A stretch of DNA of 40,539 nucleotides from contig CAYJXL010000003.1 of assembly GCA_964374125.1 (NCBI GenBank), positions 1 to 40,539 on the forward strand, written 5' to 3'. Source of the stretch: Candidatus Woesearchaeota archaeon (GTDB lineage Archaea; Nanobdellota; Nanobdellia; SCGC-AAA011-G17; UBA489). The notes below the pieces were generated by a model. It did not search any database. It was given only the letters and a program-made list of their open reading frames with translations, and was not told where the DNA came from. Of the stretch, positions 40,527-40,539 are shown one piece after another; the stretch's first letter is position 1, and every line of letters begins with the position of its first letter. The position numbers were made by a program, and so were the translations under genes.

Positions 40527-40539
40527 ATGAATACCGATC
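40527..40539 (+). CDS. 5' end of an unidentified gene (truncated by window edge)
   Basis: ATG preceded by GGAGGT (40513-40518) and an upstream TATA-like AGATTTAAATAG. Only four codons are visible. Confidence 0.3.

Noticed and set aside
1-40539. CRISPR arrays, rRNA genes, integrase-bounded prophage
   Set aside because: I saw no regularly spaced direct repeats, no rRNA-like conserved blocks and no tyrosine or serine recombinase ORF anywhere in the window.

Overview
Archaeal chromosomal segment. Evidence: diphthine synthase, ribosomal proteins S8e and L41e, archaeal-type AsnRS, ATP-dependent DNA ligase, TrmB regulators, and BRE/TATA boxes centred about 26 nt upstream of mostly leaderless start codons. 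The compact gene content suggests a small-genome DPANN-like lineage; that is inference only. I support about 60 CDS. Housekeeping: rnhB, dus, rtcA, dph5, asnS, lig, rps8e, rpl41e. Metabolism: an sdhA/sdhB-like pair, aldehyde dehydrogenase, ornithine carbamoyltransferase plus carbamate kinase, and an M16 peptidase. There are many small membrane or secreted proteins. The main result is in the supposedly non-coding gaps. Three of the four tRNA genes I can see are interrupted by introns at canonical and non-canonical positions: tRNA-Ser(GCU) has two, tRNA-Lys(CUU) has two flanking a 5-nt anticodon micro-exon, and an initiator tRNA-Met looks split into seven micro-exons by six introns. Each of these three genes has a TATA box at the right distance. 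Accessory content: (1) a low-GC 2.5-kb cargo-carrying IS with 14-bp perfect terminal inverted repeats and a 7-9 bp target duplication, inserted between the divergent initiator-tRNA and HAD promoters; (2) a HEPN/MNT cassette flanked by diverged ~130-bp direct repeats; (3) an AbiEi/AbiEii-like pair next to two gene remnants; (4) a complete GGDEF diguanylate cyclase, unusual in an archaeal context. Two genes (GNAT, AlaX) are frameshifted. I saw no rRNA genes and no CRISPR array. All homology calls come from motif recognition by eye, not from database searches.
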